Notes under the pieces: generated by a model | What the model was told of the DNA's origin: nothing | The model's database searches: none | The model's input: only the letters and a program-made list of their open reading frames with translations | Translations under genes and position numbers: made by a program | IMG/VR virus record: IMGVR_UViG_3300033148_008145 | Span: 1-61,882 of that record | DNA: 61,882 nt | DNA from: a virus | Lineage: Duplodnaviria > Caudoviricetes | Strand: one strand, 5' to 3' | Part shown: piece by piece, positions 27,416 through 39,400 of the stretch | Numbering within the stretch: position 1 is the stretch's first letter | Layout of the letters: each line of letters starts with the position of its first letter

Positions 27416-28036
27416 ATGAAAATTGTTGATATTGCAGACGAAATTTTCAGGGAACTCGGAGAACCTTCAACGATTTCTATTCCCGCAATCTCTTTTTGGA
27501 TCAGGAGTAATGTAGGCGAATTGAATAATAGAATAAATACCACCTTTAAAATCGTGGATTATGGAGCTGACGCCTATGAGTTTTCGGGAAGTTTTGTTTC
27601 TCCCGAGTACGAACCTCAGGCTTTTAATGAGGCAACCGGCGCTCTGGGTCTTTCGATTGACTCGAATAAGGGAAGTACGACTACGCCAGTTATAGTTTCT
27701 ATTCAAGCTGAAGAAGCTTCTGTTTTGAAAAAAATGTATATAGTTCATTATTACGACCAGCAAATTAGAGCGACCGTAGGCGCTGCTTCCAGCGATCCTG
27801 TCGTAGAGGTCGCATCTGATGGCTCTCGAGTAAGGAAAATTAATAAAAACGAATTAAGCAAAACTTACCTTTCTTTAAAGCGGGAAGAATATAATGAATT
27901 GACTGATTTAATTAACGCTTACAAATTAAGGAAGGCTTCTCCGGTGCAAGTTGCTGGAGACGATACTCAAGTGGGACAGTATTCGATCAATTATGATGGC
28001 TATCCTTACAATAGAATTTCACCGAATTATATCTAA
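27416..28036 (+). CDS. putative head-tail adaptor
   Basis: Synteny (first of four coupled genes before the tail tube); GTGTAA at 27399. Confidence 0.5.
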   Translation: MKIVDIADEIFRELGEPSTISIPAISFWIRSNVGELNNRINTTFKIVDYGADAYEFSGSFVSPEYEPQAFNEATGALGLSIDSNKGSTTTPVIVSIQAEEASVLKKMYIVHYYDQQIRATVGAASSDPVVEVASDGSRVRKINKNELSKTYLSLKREEYNELTDLINAYKLRKASPVQVAGDDTQVGQYSINYDGYPYNRISPNYI

Positions 28037-28473
28037 TGGCATCTTTAGTATCAGCAGCAGAAGCGACCATATTGGAGGCGGCGCTTGGAGATCATTTTGA
28101 CACCTTTAAAGCAACCATTACGGTCAACAAGGAGCCTAAAAAAACGGTTACGCTATCTGCTTCTCAAAATATTTATGCTGGATACAGCGCTCCGAAAGAG
28201 CAGGTGACCTATACTCCAGTGAGCGCAACTTTCAGCGCGATTGTTAATTACAAGGAAAACCAACCGCTCGACTACCAAGACGAGTTAAAAGCCAATATTG
28301 AGAAGGGTGATGTGAGAATTAAAGTAGAGTTAGAGTGCAGAGACTACATAGAGAAGGGGAAAACACTTTCTATTGATATAGGCGGAAATCCTTTCAATGT
28401 AGTTAGCTCCGAGGGAGTGAGGTATTTCTTGGGAAAAACTTATTACGTATTTTATTTGGAGGCAACCACCTAA
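28036..28473 (+). CDS. putative head closure/stopper protein
   Basis: 145-aa beta-rich ORF, TAATG-coupled, synteny. Confidence 0.5.
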   Translation: MASLVSAAEATILEAALGDHFDTFKATITVNKEPKKTVTLSASQNIYAGYSAPKEQVTYTPVSATFSAIVNYKENQPLDYQDELKANIEKGDVRIKVELECRDYIEKGKTLSIDIGGNPFNVVSSEGVRYFLGKTYYVFYLEATT

Positions 28474-29069
28474 TGGCTGTTAGAGGAAAAATAACAATCG
28501 ATCAAGTAACGAAAAAAGCATTTTCTAATTCTAAGGTTTTTCAAAATTTAGCTTACGGAGCGGTCAAGAAAAAAGCCGACGCTTTAAAAAAGAAAACCAT
28601 GGCTGAATTTGAGAAACATGAGGTTACCAAGGAGCTGGAAAGAGGAACGTCAGGAAGAAACAGTCTCCTTTTGGGCGGTCGTGGGAACTTTTTTGGGTTT
28701 TTGGGTTTTAATCAAGGAGAAAGGCCCGTGGAAATCGTTAGGGATACTCTAGAACGAAAAATATTCCTTAAAAGTAAAAGAGGAAGATTGAAAAAGGTTA
28801 GCAAAACTACCTTTCAGTGGGATTTTGATATAAACATTCCCTCCAAAGAGGATATATATTTGGTTACCCCAATGGCTTGGAGCAGCAAGAGTTGGGTGAA
28901 GGGGGTAGAAGGAGGGATTACAAACTACACGCAGACTATTTTTAAGGACACCAAACGTAGTCGTTCAGGTATTGCACTGCAAACCCAGAGAAATATTGGA
29001 TTTATCACTTTTAGCCCAACACCATATATTACAGCACTGCTAGATAAACTGCGGAGAGAACTAAAATGA
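28473..29069 (+). CDS. putative neck/tail completion protein
   Basis: Basic 198-aa ORF ending PTPYITALLDKL, similar in style to HK97 gp10-like proteins; synteny. Confidence 0.45.
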   Translation: MAVRGKITIDQVTKKAFSNSKVFQNLAYGAVKKKADALKKKTMAEFEKHEVTKELERGTSGRNSLLLGGRGNFFGFLGFNQGERPVEIVRDTLERKIFLKSKRGRLKKVSKTTFQWDFDINIPSKEDIYLVTPMAWSSKSWVKGVEGGITNYTQTIFKDTKRSRSGIALQTQRNIGFITFSPTPYITALLDKLRRELK

Positions 29070-29932
29070 AACCCCAATTCGACAACCAAGTAATGTCCAG
29101 CTTGCTGCTTTGGTTCGATAACACGATTTTGACCAAAGGGGAGGCTTTTCAGAATACTACAGGTCAATTTTATAATGTTTCGGCGGAATATGCCGGATTA
29201 GACACTTATTCAAGCTCCTATTCGCAGATAGTAGCGGACGCTTCTGTTGCGGGAGCTACCATTCCTACAGGTTTATATGTGGGTAGTAACCTTGTTAACG
29301 TAGGAGAAGGGGGCGCGACAGGTTTATACTCTATTGACTACAATAATGGACGTTCGTATTGGTCAGGAACACAGGGTAATGATATTACGGGAAGTTTTGC
29401 TATTAAAGATTTTAATACTTTCCTTACCAACAGCACCGAGGATGAAATTTTGTTCCAAACCCAATACACAAACAGGAATAAAGTTTCCACCGTAGTGCCT
29501 ACCGGCTTGGAGCCGGGCACCAAAACTTATCCAGTGGTGTATTTAAAGAATGATGGAAGTCATAACGACCCCTTTGCTTTTGGTGGCCAAGACAATACTA
29601 TCTTCAGGGCGAGAGCTATTGTAATAGCCGACAGCCAGTTTGAAATTGATGCAATAGGGTCTCTTTTTAGAGACCAAGTTCATAGTAATATTGGTTTATT
29701 TACAGCTGCGGAGATGCCTTTTAATCAATACGGTTATTACAGAAATGATACTCAATTTAATTATACGGGTGTCGTGAATGGTAAAGGGGATGCCGAGTTG
29801 ATGTTCTTGGAAGAAGTGAATATTTCGCGTTTTGATAGGGTTATGGAAAACGAAGTGAGAAAGTTTAACCCTAATGTTTACTCTACTTTAATTGATTTTG
29901 AGATTAATAAAGTCAGATTCCCCCGACAATGA
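29066..29932 (+). CDS. putative tail terminator protein
   Basis: Directly upstream of the tail tube; TYPVVYL and PFAFGG motifs; synteny. Confidence 0.45.
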   Translation: MKPQFDNQVMSSLLLWFDNTILTKGEAFQNTTGQFYNVSAEYAGLDTYSSSYSQIVADASVAGATIPTGLYVGSNLVNVGEGGATGLYSIDYNNGRSYWSGTQGNDITGSFAIKDFNTFLTNSTEDEILFQTQYTNRNKVSTVVPTGLEPGTKTYPVVYLKNDGSHNDPFAFGGQDNTIFRARAIVIADSQFEIDAIGSLFRDQVHSNIGLFTAAEMPFNQYGYYRNDTQFNYTGVVNGKGDAELMFLEEVNISRFDRVMENEVRKFNPNVYSTLIDFEINKVRFPRQ

Positions 29933-29995
29933 CAAAATAATTTCACTTTCGCCCATATTAACTGTAAATTAGTATACTAAGAAGGAATTTTTAAA

Positions 29996-31246
29996 ATGGC
30001 AAGAAATCGAGTAATTTATCAAAGTCAGTCTGTTTATTGCAGTCAGTCCGCCTATAATGAGGACCAAACCACTTCAGGTGATGTTTTGGATCTGAGCCGC
30101 GTGCAAAGTTGTAACTACAGCTTTAACGTAGCTCGGCAGGATGTCAACCAATTTGGCGAGCTAGCTTCTATAGACAGGATCATTACGGAATCTCCGACGG
30201 TATCTTTTGATACGTCATATTATTTGGCTAACTTCTTTAACGAGGATCGTTTGGGATTTTATGTGACGCCGAGTGGTAATGAGGACTTCAGATCGGCTAT
30301 TTCTGGTATTATTGACAGCGCCTCTACCGCAAACCAAAAAAACTATTATATTCTGACTACCAAGGAGGGTAAAGATTCTGTTGCAGATTTTACCTCGGGG
30401 GATTATGAGAGTATTATAGGAGTAGGTAACGGATTCTTGACTTCTTACAGTTCCGAAGGTTCTGTTGGAGGTTTACCTACAGTTTCTATTGGCGTCGAAG
30501 GGCAGAATATGAATTTTGTTAATATCCCCTACGTTGCTCAAGGCGGCGGAACGACTTTGCCGGCGTCCGCTGGATTTGTAATGAGTGACGGAAAACTTAT
30601 TGAGATTTCCGGAGAGTCTCCCGCAATCGATCCTACAAATGGAGAGAAACTTAATCAGTATGTTACGGTTCCTGTAGCCAAATCGGATCCTTCGGGAGCG
30701 GGAGCCGCTACTATCTCAGCGCTTAGGCCCGGAGATATAACCCTTACCCTTGCGGAAAAGACAGATAGCGCTGTGGGTACGGCTGCTGTTGCCGGAGATT
30801 CTCTTCCGGCGGATTATGCAGGTGTGGATATTGCAGATGCTCACATTCAAAGTTATACTTTGGGCTTCGACTTGTCTCGGACTCCTATTCAGAAGTTGGG
30901 TAGCAAGTTCGCTTTTGCCCGTGTGGTTGATTTCCCAGTTAGTGTTAGCTTGAGTGTTGATGCTGTTCTTGCTGATTTAACCACTGGTTCATTAGCTGAT
31001 ATTATTGATTGCGATAAAGAGTATGATGCACGCGTCTCTATTAAGGAACCAACTTGCGGCAATACGCATGTTGCAGCGACCATTTGTAACTATATCGTTA
31101 AGGGGTTGAAGTTGGATAGCGAATCATTTACTTCTTCTATCGGCGACAACAAGTCCGTAACATTAGACTTCTCCTGTCAAATTGGTGGACCTACACAGTC
31201 TGGTGTGGGGTTATTCATGAGTGGTCAAAATGATATTGGGGAGTGA
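29996..31246 (+). CDS. major tail (tube) protein
   Basis: LSRVQSCNYSFNVARQDVNQFGE and IQSYTLGFDLSRTPIQKLG tube-type motifs (two tube domains); SD AAGGA; followed by terminator, chaperones and tape measure. Confidence 0.7.
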   Translation: MARNRVIYQSQSVYCSQSAYNEDQTTSGDVLDLSRVQSCNYSFNVARQDVNQFGELASIDRIITESPTVSFDTSYYLANFFNEDRLGFYVTPSGNEDFRSAISGIIDSASTANQKNYYILTTKEGKDSVADFTSGDYESIIGVGNGFLTSYSSEGSVGGLPTVSIGVEGQNMNFVNIPYVAQGGGTTLPASAGFVMSDGKLIEISGESPAIDPTNGEKLNQYVTVPVAKSDPSGAGAATISALRPGDITLTLAEKTDSAVGTAAVAGDSLPADYAGVDIADAHIQSYTLGFDLSRTPIQKLGSKFAFARVVDFPVSVSLSVDAVLADLTTGSLADIIDCDKEYDARVSIKEPTCGNTHVAATICNYIVKGLKLDSESFTSSIGDNKSVTLDFSCQIGGPTQSGVGLFMSGQNDIGE

Positions 31247-31269
31247 TTAAACCTCCTTTTATATTTTTC

Positions 31270-31299
31270 AAAAGTCCCTCTCACGAGGGACTTTTTTTT
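31270..31299 (+). terminator. Rho-independent terminator
   Basis: AAAAGTCCCTC-TCAC-GAGGGACTTTT followed by a T tract. Confidence 0.85.
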
Positions 31300-31340
31300 G
31301 TATTTTAGTGTAATTTTAAGTAAGATATAAGGTATAAGGC

Positions 31341-31595
31341 ATGGAAAAGGAAGAAGGTCCAGATAGGGATATTATCAATAATTTTTTCGCGTTTCAAACT
31401 CGGCGAAAGATAACAAACCTTTATAAACAATTCTTTTTCATTCTCGAAGATCTCCAAGTCAACGGAATAAAAATCCCCGAAGAAACACACCAAAGAATTC
31501 GCAAGAGAATTCTCGATTTAGGCAATGATACTATTCGAGAATTAGAAGAATACTTTGAAAAATTCATAGAATATAACAATAATAAACCGAAATGA
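31341..31595 (+). CDS. hypothetical protein
   Basis: 84-aa helical ORF preceded by GTGTAA at 31308. Confidence 0.7.
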   Translation: MEKEEGPDRDIINNFFAFQTRRKITNLYKQFFFILEDLQVNGIKIPEETHQRIRKRILDLGNDTIRELEEYFEKFIEYNNNKPK

Positions 31596-32386
31596 AGCGT
31601 ATATACGAGTTCACCGTCAATAAGGAAGAAATAGTTAAAGAAGAGTCCGTAGAGAAGAAAAAGGACGGTACGGAAGTTACTACCGCAAAGGATATTACGA
31701 AGGAGGTACCACATAAGTTCTTCCTGCGACGCCCCACCCGGGCAATGACAGACGAGGCCGAGCTATATTACGGTGTGAGGCTTGCCGAGGGGATAAAAGC
31801 AGGTCTTTTAACCCGTGCTTTGTTGGAAAAAAGGTTCGAAAACGATGGTGGGACCAGAAGTGACGACGAAAACGCGGAATATCAAAAAATAATTGCAAAA
31901 TTGCAGGGGTTTCACAGGGAACAGTCCAAAATGTTGGATATTGATGAAAAAAAGAGGACTCCGGCGCAAAAAAAGAGACTCAAGGAGCTAGATAGCGAAA
32001 TTAAGCCCACTAGGAGGGCCCTGAGGGACTTACAATTGGTTGAGGATAGTCTTTACGAGGAAACAGCCGAAAGTCGCGCTAGGAACAAGGTTATACTGTG
32101 GTGGATGCTTCATTTAGCTCACATAGAGGAAGGCGACAAGGAAAATGAGTTTTTTGGTGAAGGGGATTTGGAGAAAAAGTTGGAACGTTATGACGAAATT
32201 GACGAAGGAGAAGACTTTTTTGACATTGTCGTAGCTAGAAAGTTCGCTTACTATGTCAGTTTCTGGTTTGTGGGGCGTCCCAACTCACAAAAGGAGTTTC
32301 AGGAGATGATTGACTTAGCTTTGAAGCTCGACGAGGAAGAAACCGAGCCCGAAGAGAAGAAAAAAGAAACAAAAAAAAAGAGTTAA
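31592..32386 (+). CDS. putative tail assembly chaperone
   Basis: Charged helical protein between tail tube and tape measure. Confidence 0.5.
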   Translation: MKRIYEFTVNKEEIVKEESVEKKKDGTEVTTAKDITKEVPHKFFLRRPTRAMTDEAELYYGVRLAEGIKAGLLTRALLEKRFENDGGTRSDDENAEYQKIIAKLQGFHREQSKMLDIDEKKRTPAQKKRLKELDSEIKPTRRALRDLQLVEDSLYEETAESRARNKVILWWMLHLAHIEEGDKENEFFGEGDLEKKLERYDEIDEGEDFFDIVVARKFAYYVSFWFVGRPNSQKEFQEMIDLALKLDEEETEPEEKKKETKKKS

Positions 32387-32435
32387 GTAAAAAGCTTTTT
32401 GGCGTTTCCATGCGTCGAGTAGACGCTAAGATTTA

Positions 32436-33431
32436 ATGGAGGAGGGAAATTTAAAGGTTGTTTTTTCTGAAATTTTACGTGGTTATACGCTCGTAACTAT
32501 TCCCGATTCCGGTGAGGTAAAAATAAAGCACTTTAATAATTTTGATGCGGCCGAATTGGATATTAAAAATCGTTTCTTTTACGATAAAGCCGTATCCCAA
32601 GGTCTTCCAACAAGAAAGCAACGAATTGATCATCTATTAGAAGAGGACATATGGACCGAGGAAAAGAATAAAGAGATATTAAACCTTCAAAGTCTTATCG
32701 CGGGCTTAAAAGTTTCCAAATCAAAAGTTTTTCTTCAGGCACACATCGAGCAGATAAATAACGACTTAAAAAAAAATCAAGCACAGCTCTCCGCTCTGAG
32801 TTTAAAAAAAGAGGAGCTAATTGGTTTTTCCGCCGAAGCATATGCAGCAAGAAGAATAAATGAACGCTATATGCACAACGCTTTTCTTAGGGGGAACGGA
32901 GAAAAACTTTTTACTGAAGAGGAATTTGAGGAATTAGAAGAGGGAAAGTTGGTAAATTTGATAGGGACTTACAATAAAAGCGCTAAAAAATTTAATTCTA
33001 GTGATTTAAAAAAACTTTCTGTTTCAGGTTTCTTCACCAACCTTTTCTATCTTTGTGAAAATAATGCCTACTCTTTTTTCGGGAAGCCTTTGATTCAATT
33101 AACCTTTTATCAGATCGAACTATTTGGTTACGGAAGATATTATAAAAGCCTGATAGAAAATTCAGACAACAAACTACCTAATGAAATATCCAGTGACCCC
33201 GAAAAAATAGTAGAGTGGTTTGAGTCCTCCAAGAGCGCACAAGCGACACTGGATAAGTCAAAAAATGCCGGTGCGGAAGGGTCGGCGACATCTTTAGTTG
33301 GAGCAACAAAAGAAGACCTCAAACGTCTTGGGTTAGACAATCCTAACGAAACCATAAACATGGCAAAAAAAGCCTCTGAAAAAGGCGGAAAGCTTAATAT
33401 GGACGATATGATGAAACTTCACGGAATGTAA
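32436..33431 (+). CDS. putative tail assembly chaperone 2
   Basis: Directly upstream of the tape measure; FGKPLIQLTFYQ resembles gpT-like chaperone motifs. Confidence 0.45.
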   Translation: MEEGNLKVVFSEILRGYTLVTIPDSGEVKIKHFNNFDAAELDIKNRFFYDKAVSQGLPTRKQRIDHLLEEDIWTEEKNKEILNLQSLIAGLKVSKSKVFLQAHIEQINNDLKKNQAQLSALSLKKEELIGFSAEAYAARRINERYMHNAFLRGNGEKLFTEEEFEELEEGKLVNLIGTYNKSAKKFNSSDLKKLSVSGFFTNLFYLCENNAYSFFGKPLIQLTFYQIELFGYGRYYKSLIENSDNKLPNEISSDPEKIVEWFESSKSAQATLDKSKNAGAEGSATSLVGATKEDLKRLGLDNPNETINMAKKASEKGGKLNMDDMMKLHGM

Positions 33432-33461
33432 GTTAAAATTAGTGTAATTATCCCTAGGAAT

Positions 33462-36400
33462 ATGGCTCGGGATAAAATAACGGTCGATCTTTTACTACAA
33501 ACCAAGCAGGCGGAACGAGAGATCGCAAGACTTAACCGCAAAATAGCGGAAGTCGGAAAAGGTCTGGGGAAAACTTTTGGGGGAGGTGCTGGAGGGGGCG
33601 ACAAAGTTCGCGCTCTAGGCACTGGCCTTTCAAAAGCTACAGTCAAGGCCGATGAATTCAACAAATCCTTAGAAGCTTCTAATGCCCGTGTTATAGCCTT
33701 CGGCGCATCCGCTGGTCTTATAATGGGAATTGACCGGGCGTTAAAGGCAATGGTTGCTTCGGCTATAAAAGTAGAGAAGGCAATGTTGGACGTTAACGTT
33801 GTCATGAACGTTTCCAACAAGCAAATGCAAGAGTTTGGTAAGGGAATGTTCAAGGTAGCAAAGGATACCGCCCAAAGCTTTGATACCGTAGCGGAAGCAG
33901 CCGTAGAATTAGCTCGTCAAGGTTTGGGGATGGAAAGGACTCTGACTCGCGCAAAAGACGCCCTTATTCTAACCCGATTAACCGGAATGAACGCAGCCGA
34001 TGCTGTAAAAAATCTTACTGCTGCGGTTAACTCATTTAATAAAGAAGGCGTTACTTCTGCTCAAGTTATCAATAGAATGGCCAAGGTGGATGCTGCCTTT
34101 GCTGTTAGTTCGGATGATTTAGCAAAATCTATTTCTCGTGTGGGCGCTTCTGCTGTTTCGGCTGGGGTAAGTATGAATGAGCTGATGGCTATTACCACTT
34201 CGGTTCAGCAACGTACGGCTCGAGGGGGAGCGGTTATAGGTAATGCTTTTAAAACAATATTCACCCGTTTACAAAGAAAAGATGTTTTACAGAACCTTAG
34301 GAATTTGGGGGTAGCAGTCACAGATAATAATGGCGTTATGCTGTCCGGCATTCAGGTTTTACAAAACTTAGCAAATAATTTTGATAACTTGTCCAAAGCT
34401 ACCCAATCGAGTACGGCAGAACAAGTAGCGGGTGTATTCCAAGTTAACATATTAAAAGCAGCTTTGGCTGATTTATCTTCTCAAACTTCCGATTACGGAA
34501 GAGCTTTAAGAACAGCTAATCAAGCCACTGACGAAGCTTACCAAAGAAATGAACAATTAAATCAAAGTTTGGACGCTTTGATTAACAAAACGCTTGCTAA
34601 TCTAACAGCAGCGGGTGCGGGCCTTGGGGGGGCGTTGGAGCCCGCTCTGAGGAATATTTTAGGGACTGTTAATAACGTAATTGAAGCGTTTGGTAAAGGG
34701 GGAACATTTGAGGATTTCGGGAAGACTTGGGGCAAGGGAATAATAAGCGGCTTGGGAAGCTTTATAGGAGGTCCCGGTTTATTGTTGGTAACGGCAGTTT
34801 TTGGTAAACTCGCTTTAAGTTTGGGTCGTTTTGCGGGGAAAGCTATTCAGGACGTCTTGGGTATCAATGAAGCAACCAAGCAGAGAGCAGCATTAGAGGA
34901 AGCGGTTGTAGCTCTCATAGCTTCAGAGCCTACCCTTCTCCAAAAAGTCAAGACGGGCACCATGAGTATTCTTCAGGTGGAAAAAGATATTCTTGCTACT
35001 GTAAAGCTAGCTAATTATGAAAGAGCTAGAATACAAGCCTATGCAGGGCCTGTTACGGGACGTTTAATGTCTTCGGGGATGGGTGTGGGGCCCAAAGGGG
35101 CAACAATGGGGCGCGCAGGAGGATTCGTTCCCAATTTTGCAAATGCTGGTGCTGAAAGAATGGCGGCAGCGGCAGGAGGTTATAGAGCCGGGACAATAAA
35201 AACAATGAACCAGCCGGGAGCTGGTGCAGTGATGTATAATTCGGCTGAAACCGTTAAACGTTTCCCGGGAATGAAGCAATCGGCTATAATGCCTCCTCAA
35301 GGGAGTCCTGCGGGAGCAGGTTATAAGGCTGCTTTTGGTAGTGCCCACGGTTTTGATCCTTACGCTGGGGGAGGTTTTGTTCCTAACTTCATGGCGCTTT
35401 ATCAAATGGCAGGAAGGCAAGTAACTGGCGCAGGGATGGCGGCAGGTTTGAAGTCGGGGAAAATTTCTCCCGCTGCTGCTACTGCTGCTGGTTATGCAAA
35501 GGGTCAATCCAAGAGAAAAACGGGCCCGAAAGAACACGTGTATCCAGCTTCTCATTTGGGCGTGTTGGGTATTGAGGGAACGCACACCGGTAATGCCTCG
35601 ACAACTTTTGGCCAGTTAGCTCGGTTCAAAAGTTTCCCAGCTCATCTTAAGAAACAGAAAGTCACGTTTGCGGGAATGCAAATGAGAACGATAAATGCGG
35701 CAAAGAAAAATCTTACGGTTCAAAGTTTTTCAAATAAAATAAGCCAACTCATGACAGATCCCGTGGCGAAGCTCGCCCATAACATTTTTGGGAAGTCTTT
35801 GGGGAATGACTGGGGTGCTAGCGTTAGTGGTCTCAAAAGTAAGTGGGGGGGCAAAAAACAACTACTACCTCCCGGCGCGGAGGGAAGTATATTTGAAGCT
35901 GCTGTTAATTTAGGATTAAAAGCTACACGAGGGGGTGCCACACTCGCAAAGACTTTTGATCAAGGGATCGGGGGTTCACAAAAACCGTTTGATTTCGAAG
36001 AAAAAGGAAGAGCGAAACCTCCATTTAAAAAAGCTTTCGGTTTTGGAGCCAATCTGCAGCTGGCTGATGCCAAACGCTCCATTAATCATGAAAACGTAAG
36101 AACCATCATCAAGAAGGCATATAACCAAAAACCTCCACTTAAAGGGTTACCTATACCTTCAGGGCTCGGGTTTGTTCCAAACTTTGTCATGGGAACTGGG
36201 GCTGCTGATCCGGGCGGCCCCGCAGGATTTTTCCCACGGGGGAATCCACAGAATATTTTGGATGCGGTAGAAGCTTCACGCGAAAAGTCATTAGATCAAG
36301 AAGGGAAACCGAGTGCCAAGGCGATAGAGAAACAGTTCAAGGGGGCTGGCCCCAAGTGGAAGGACAATTTCGTCGGGCCGAAAGGCATGGGTTGGCCCGG

Positions 36401-39400
36401 CCTCTGGTATCCGAGCCGCAACCCGGGTTTCAAAGTTGGTGATTACCCCGATTGGGAAAGTCTATCGAAGTCTACCGCCACACCTATGGGCGTTGACTTA
36501 ACGGGCAGGCAACTGTCGATAATGAGAAATCAATTCGTGAGTGTTTTTGGTCATCCCGAGGAGTCCGGGCACAAACGCGGCGCAGGCCAGCAGGTCGGGA
36601 GTGAGGGCTCGTATAGTTTTAAAAAGAATTGGCTTAAACTGTCGGCTAAAAGAGCTATGAGTCTTTATGAGGGCGGAGGGAGCGGTAGAGGTGCCTTAGC
36701 TAACGAATTGACTCATTTGATTCAGGATAGGTTCTTAGTTGGAAAAGATTTACACGGGACCAAAGGGCGGGACGGAAAACATTGGGGGTTAGCGGCAGAG
36801 ACGGGTTCTTTCAGGGGAAAATTATTAAAAAGCAGCAGGGAAATGGATGAAGAATGGGTTGCACGTGGAAAACCACTGGCGGATGGTGATCGACGCTACA
36901 TTATAAGCGGAGATCTTGGAAATTTCGGAAGTGCTCCCGCGCCGCCGGGCGGTGGTGGGGGCTGGAAACCCGGCATGGGCATCCCGGGGCCACGTAAACG
37001 GCATGACACATCCGTCCCGGGGCTCCACGATGAGTGGAAGAGGTGGCACGGCGCAACTACTGAAGAAAGAATAAACGCTCTCAAAACAGGCAAAGACAAA
37101 TATGGCAATCCTATTCCGGACGTGGGCAGGATGTTAATAGAATGGCAGTCTACTTTGAGTTCTTACTTATTAAAAGACAAGGACAGGGCATCTCAAGGTT
37201 TTGCTCAGGGTTATATTCCAAACTATTCGCCTTTATCTTCTGCTATAGGAAGGGAAATGCAGGGTGGAGTTCCCGCCTCAGCTATAAGGGTAGGTAGTAA
37301 TGCTGCCCTAAGGTCTGCGGGAAATCCCGGAGGGATGGGAGTTTATAATACAAGAGATGAACCGCGTGGTTTGGGTCAGGGTATTTCACGAGCAAGATCT
37401 CAAGGAATGAATCCTAAAGGTCATGGGGTACCAAATTTCCTTGTAAAACCCGCACCTATGCCATCGACCACATCACCCATGAAGGCTGCCCGTTTCGTCG
37501 CGCCTTCGGTACTTGGGCCACCGCCCGCTGGGGCACCGGGAAGACACACTGGTCCTCCTGTTATCGGCGCATCACCCGCAAGTCGGCTTGGGCTTGGAGG
37601 TGTGGCGAAGGGTATGGATGCCGCCGGTAAGGCTGCTAAAGACGCCGCTAAAGCAAGCACAGAAGCCACAAAACAAACCCGAAAAATGGGTGCGGCAATG
37701 GGTGGTATGATGGTGCAGATGGCAATGGGCGGAATCGCTGCCAACATGGAGGAGGGAGTAGGCCAAACTTCAGTAAAAGGAGTTGGTGGTATAGCTGGTT
37801 ATGCTGGTATGGGTATGATGATGGGCGGTCCTTGGGGGGCGGCTGCTGGTGCTGCTATTGGGGGTCTGCAAATGGGTGCAGAAATGCTTACAAAACATAC
37901 CGACGCCGCCAAACAAAGTTTTGAAGCTTTATCCAAGGAGTTACAGAAGGCTCAGCAGGACGGAGCCAGAGTCAGCGAAACCATAGGCAAGCTTTCAAGT
38001 GCACTGGGTAATTTGGGACAGGAAAGTGACCCAACCAAGAGGGAAGCCGAAGCCAGAAAAGTGGCCTCCCATCTTACACAATTGGTATCCGATCTACCTG
38101 CAGGTTCGGACGCACGAAAAGCTATCCAAGCGCAAAAAAAGAAGTTGTCTAGCGGCGTTCTTCCCACTATGGCGGAGTTGAATCAAGTCGCCAAAGATGC
38201 TGAAATAGAAAACACAAAACACCAAAGATCTCTTGGGTTAAATGTGGCGGGAGCGGGGGCTAAACAGCTGAGTGGGAATGAATCCTCATGGTGGACCGGC
38301 TATATGCCACAGGAGATATCGCAAGAGTGGGGAGAAAGTAAGGGTAGATTTATTGATGCTCTTACGATGCAGGGACCCACACTTATGCAGCCGAAGCGAG
38401 CAGCGGAAAGTGCCTTACAAGGGCTCGGGTTGAGAGATAAACTCCCTAAATGGATGCAGGGAGAAACCTATCAGGAAGAAATAATAAGGGAAGCTGGAGA
38501 ACGAAGACAAGGGAGAGCTGCGGAAAAGGTTCCGGGTTTTTATAAGGCGTTCATGGGAACAAAAACCATTGGACCAACCGGTCAACTGACTGATACCAGC
38601 ATAGGTGAGGCGTTACAACAAAGTCCCGAAGCAATGGCGATAATTGCCAAACTAAGAACTGCCACCGGAGGTAGAGGGGGGACTCAAGGTAAAAACATCG
38701 ACATATGGAAAAAAAGTCCGGCTATGGGAGCCGGGGGCATGTTCGACACTCTAATGGAGCAAGCACTCGCGGCAGCCGATGTCAAAGATGATATGGCGGC
38801 AGCTCTTAAGGAGCAAATGAATACGCCTGAAAATAGAATCGCCTTCCTGAATACGATGGTGGGGCGCGGAGTACAAGGGCTTGATACTGGGTATTTCGAT
38901 TTTTCCTCAGATGTTAAAGGTATTAAAGGGGATCCACTTGGCGCAGCATATTCCGCAGAAACCCAAAAAGAAAATGAGGCTATAGCCAAAGCTGTGGCGG
39001 GAGCCCCGCTGCCCACAAAACCGGTACGCGCTCCTACCGGAATAAAAGAAACCAGAGCTTTCGCCGAAGGCTTAAGAAAAGCTAGTGTAGCAGCATCGAA
39101 CAGCCTGAAAGAAACCCAACTAAGAATCGCTGGAAGCGCAAAAGTAAGGGCACTGGAAACAAAATACGAAATGGCTTTGGCTGGTGCTACCAAAGATACT
39201 CTCGGGGTTGCCGACGCTAAGTTGGCGCAAGCATTAAAAACTGCGGCCAATAATTTTGAAGACGCAAGCGAGATTGCAAGAGGTACTTTTGATGCTAATT
39301 TTAAAAAGGACATGTCTTCCACAGCTGGAAAATTTGAAAAATTTGTACAAGGGGAGAACTTTTTTCAGGGGCAGTGGAGCAACCAGTTTTCCGGCGTTTA

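Noticed and set aside
32369-33431. Classical lambda G/GT frameshift fusion of the two chaperones
   Set aside because: The -1 frame stops at 32434 and the +1 frame at 32388, so neither joins the downstream ORF.
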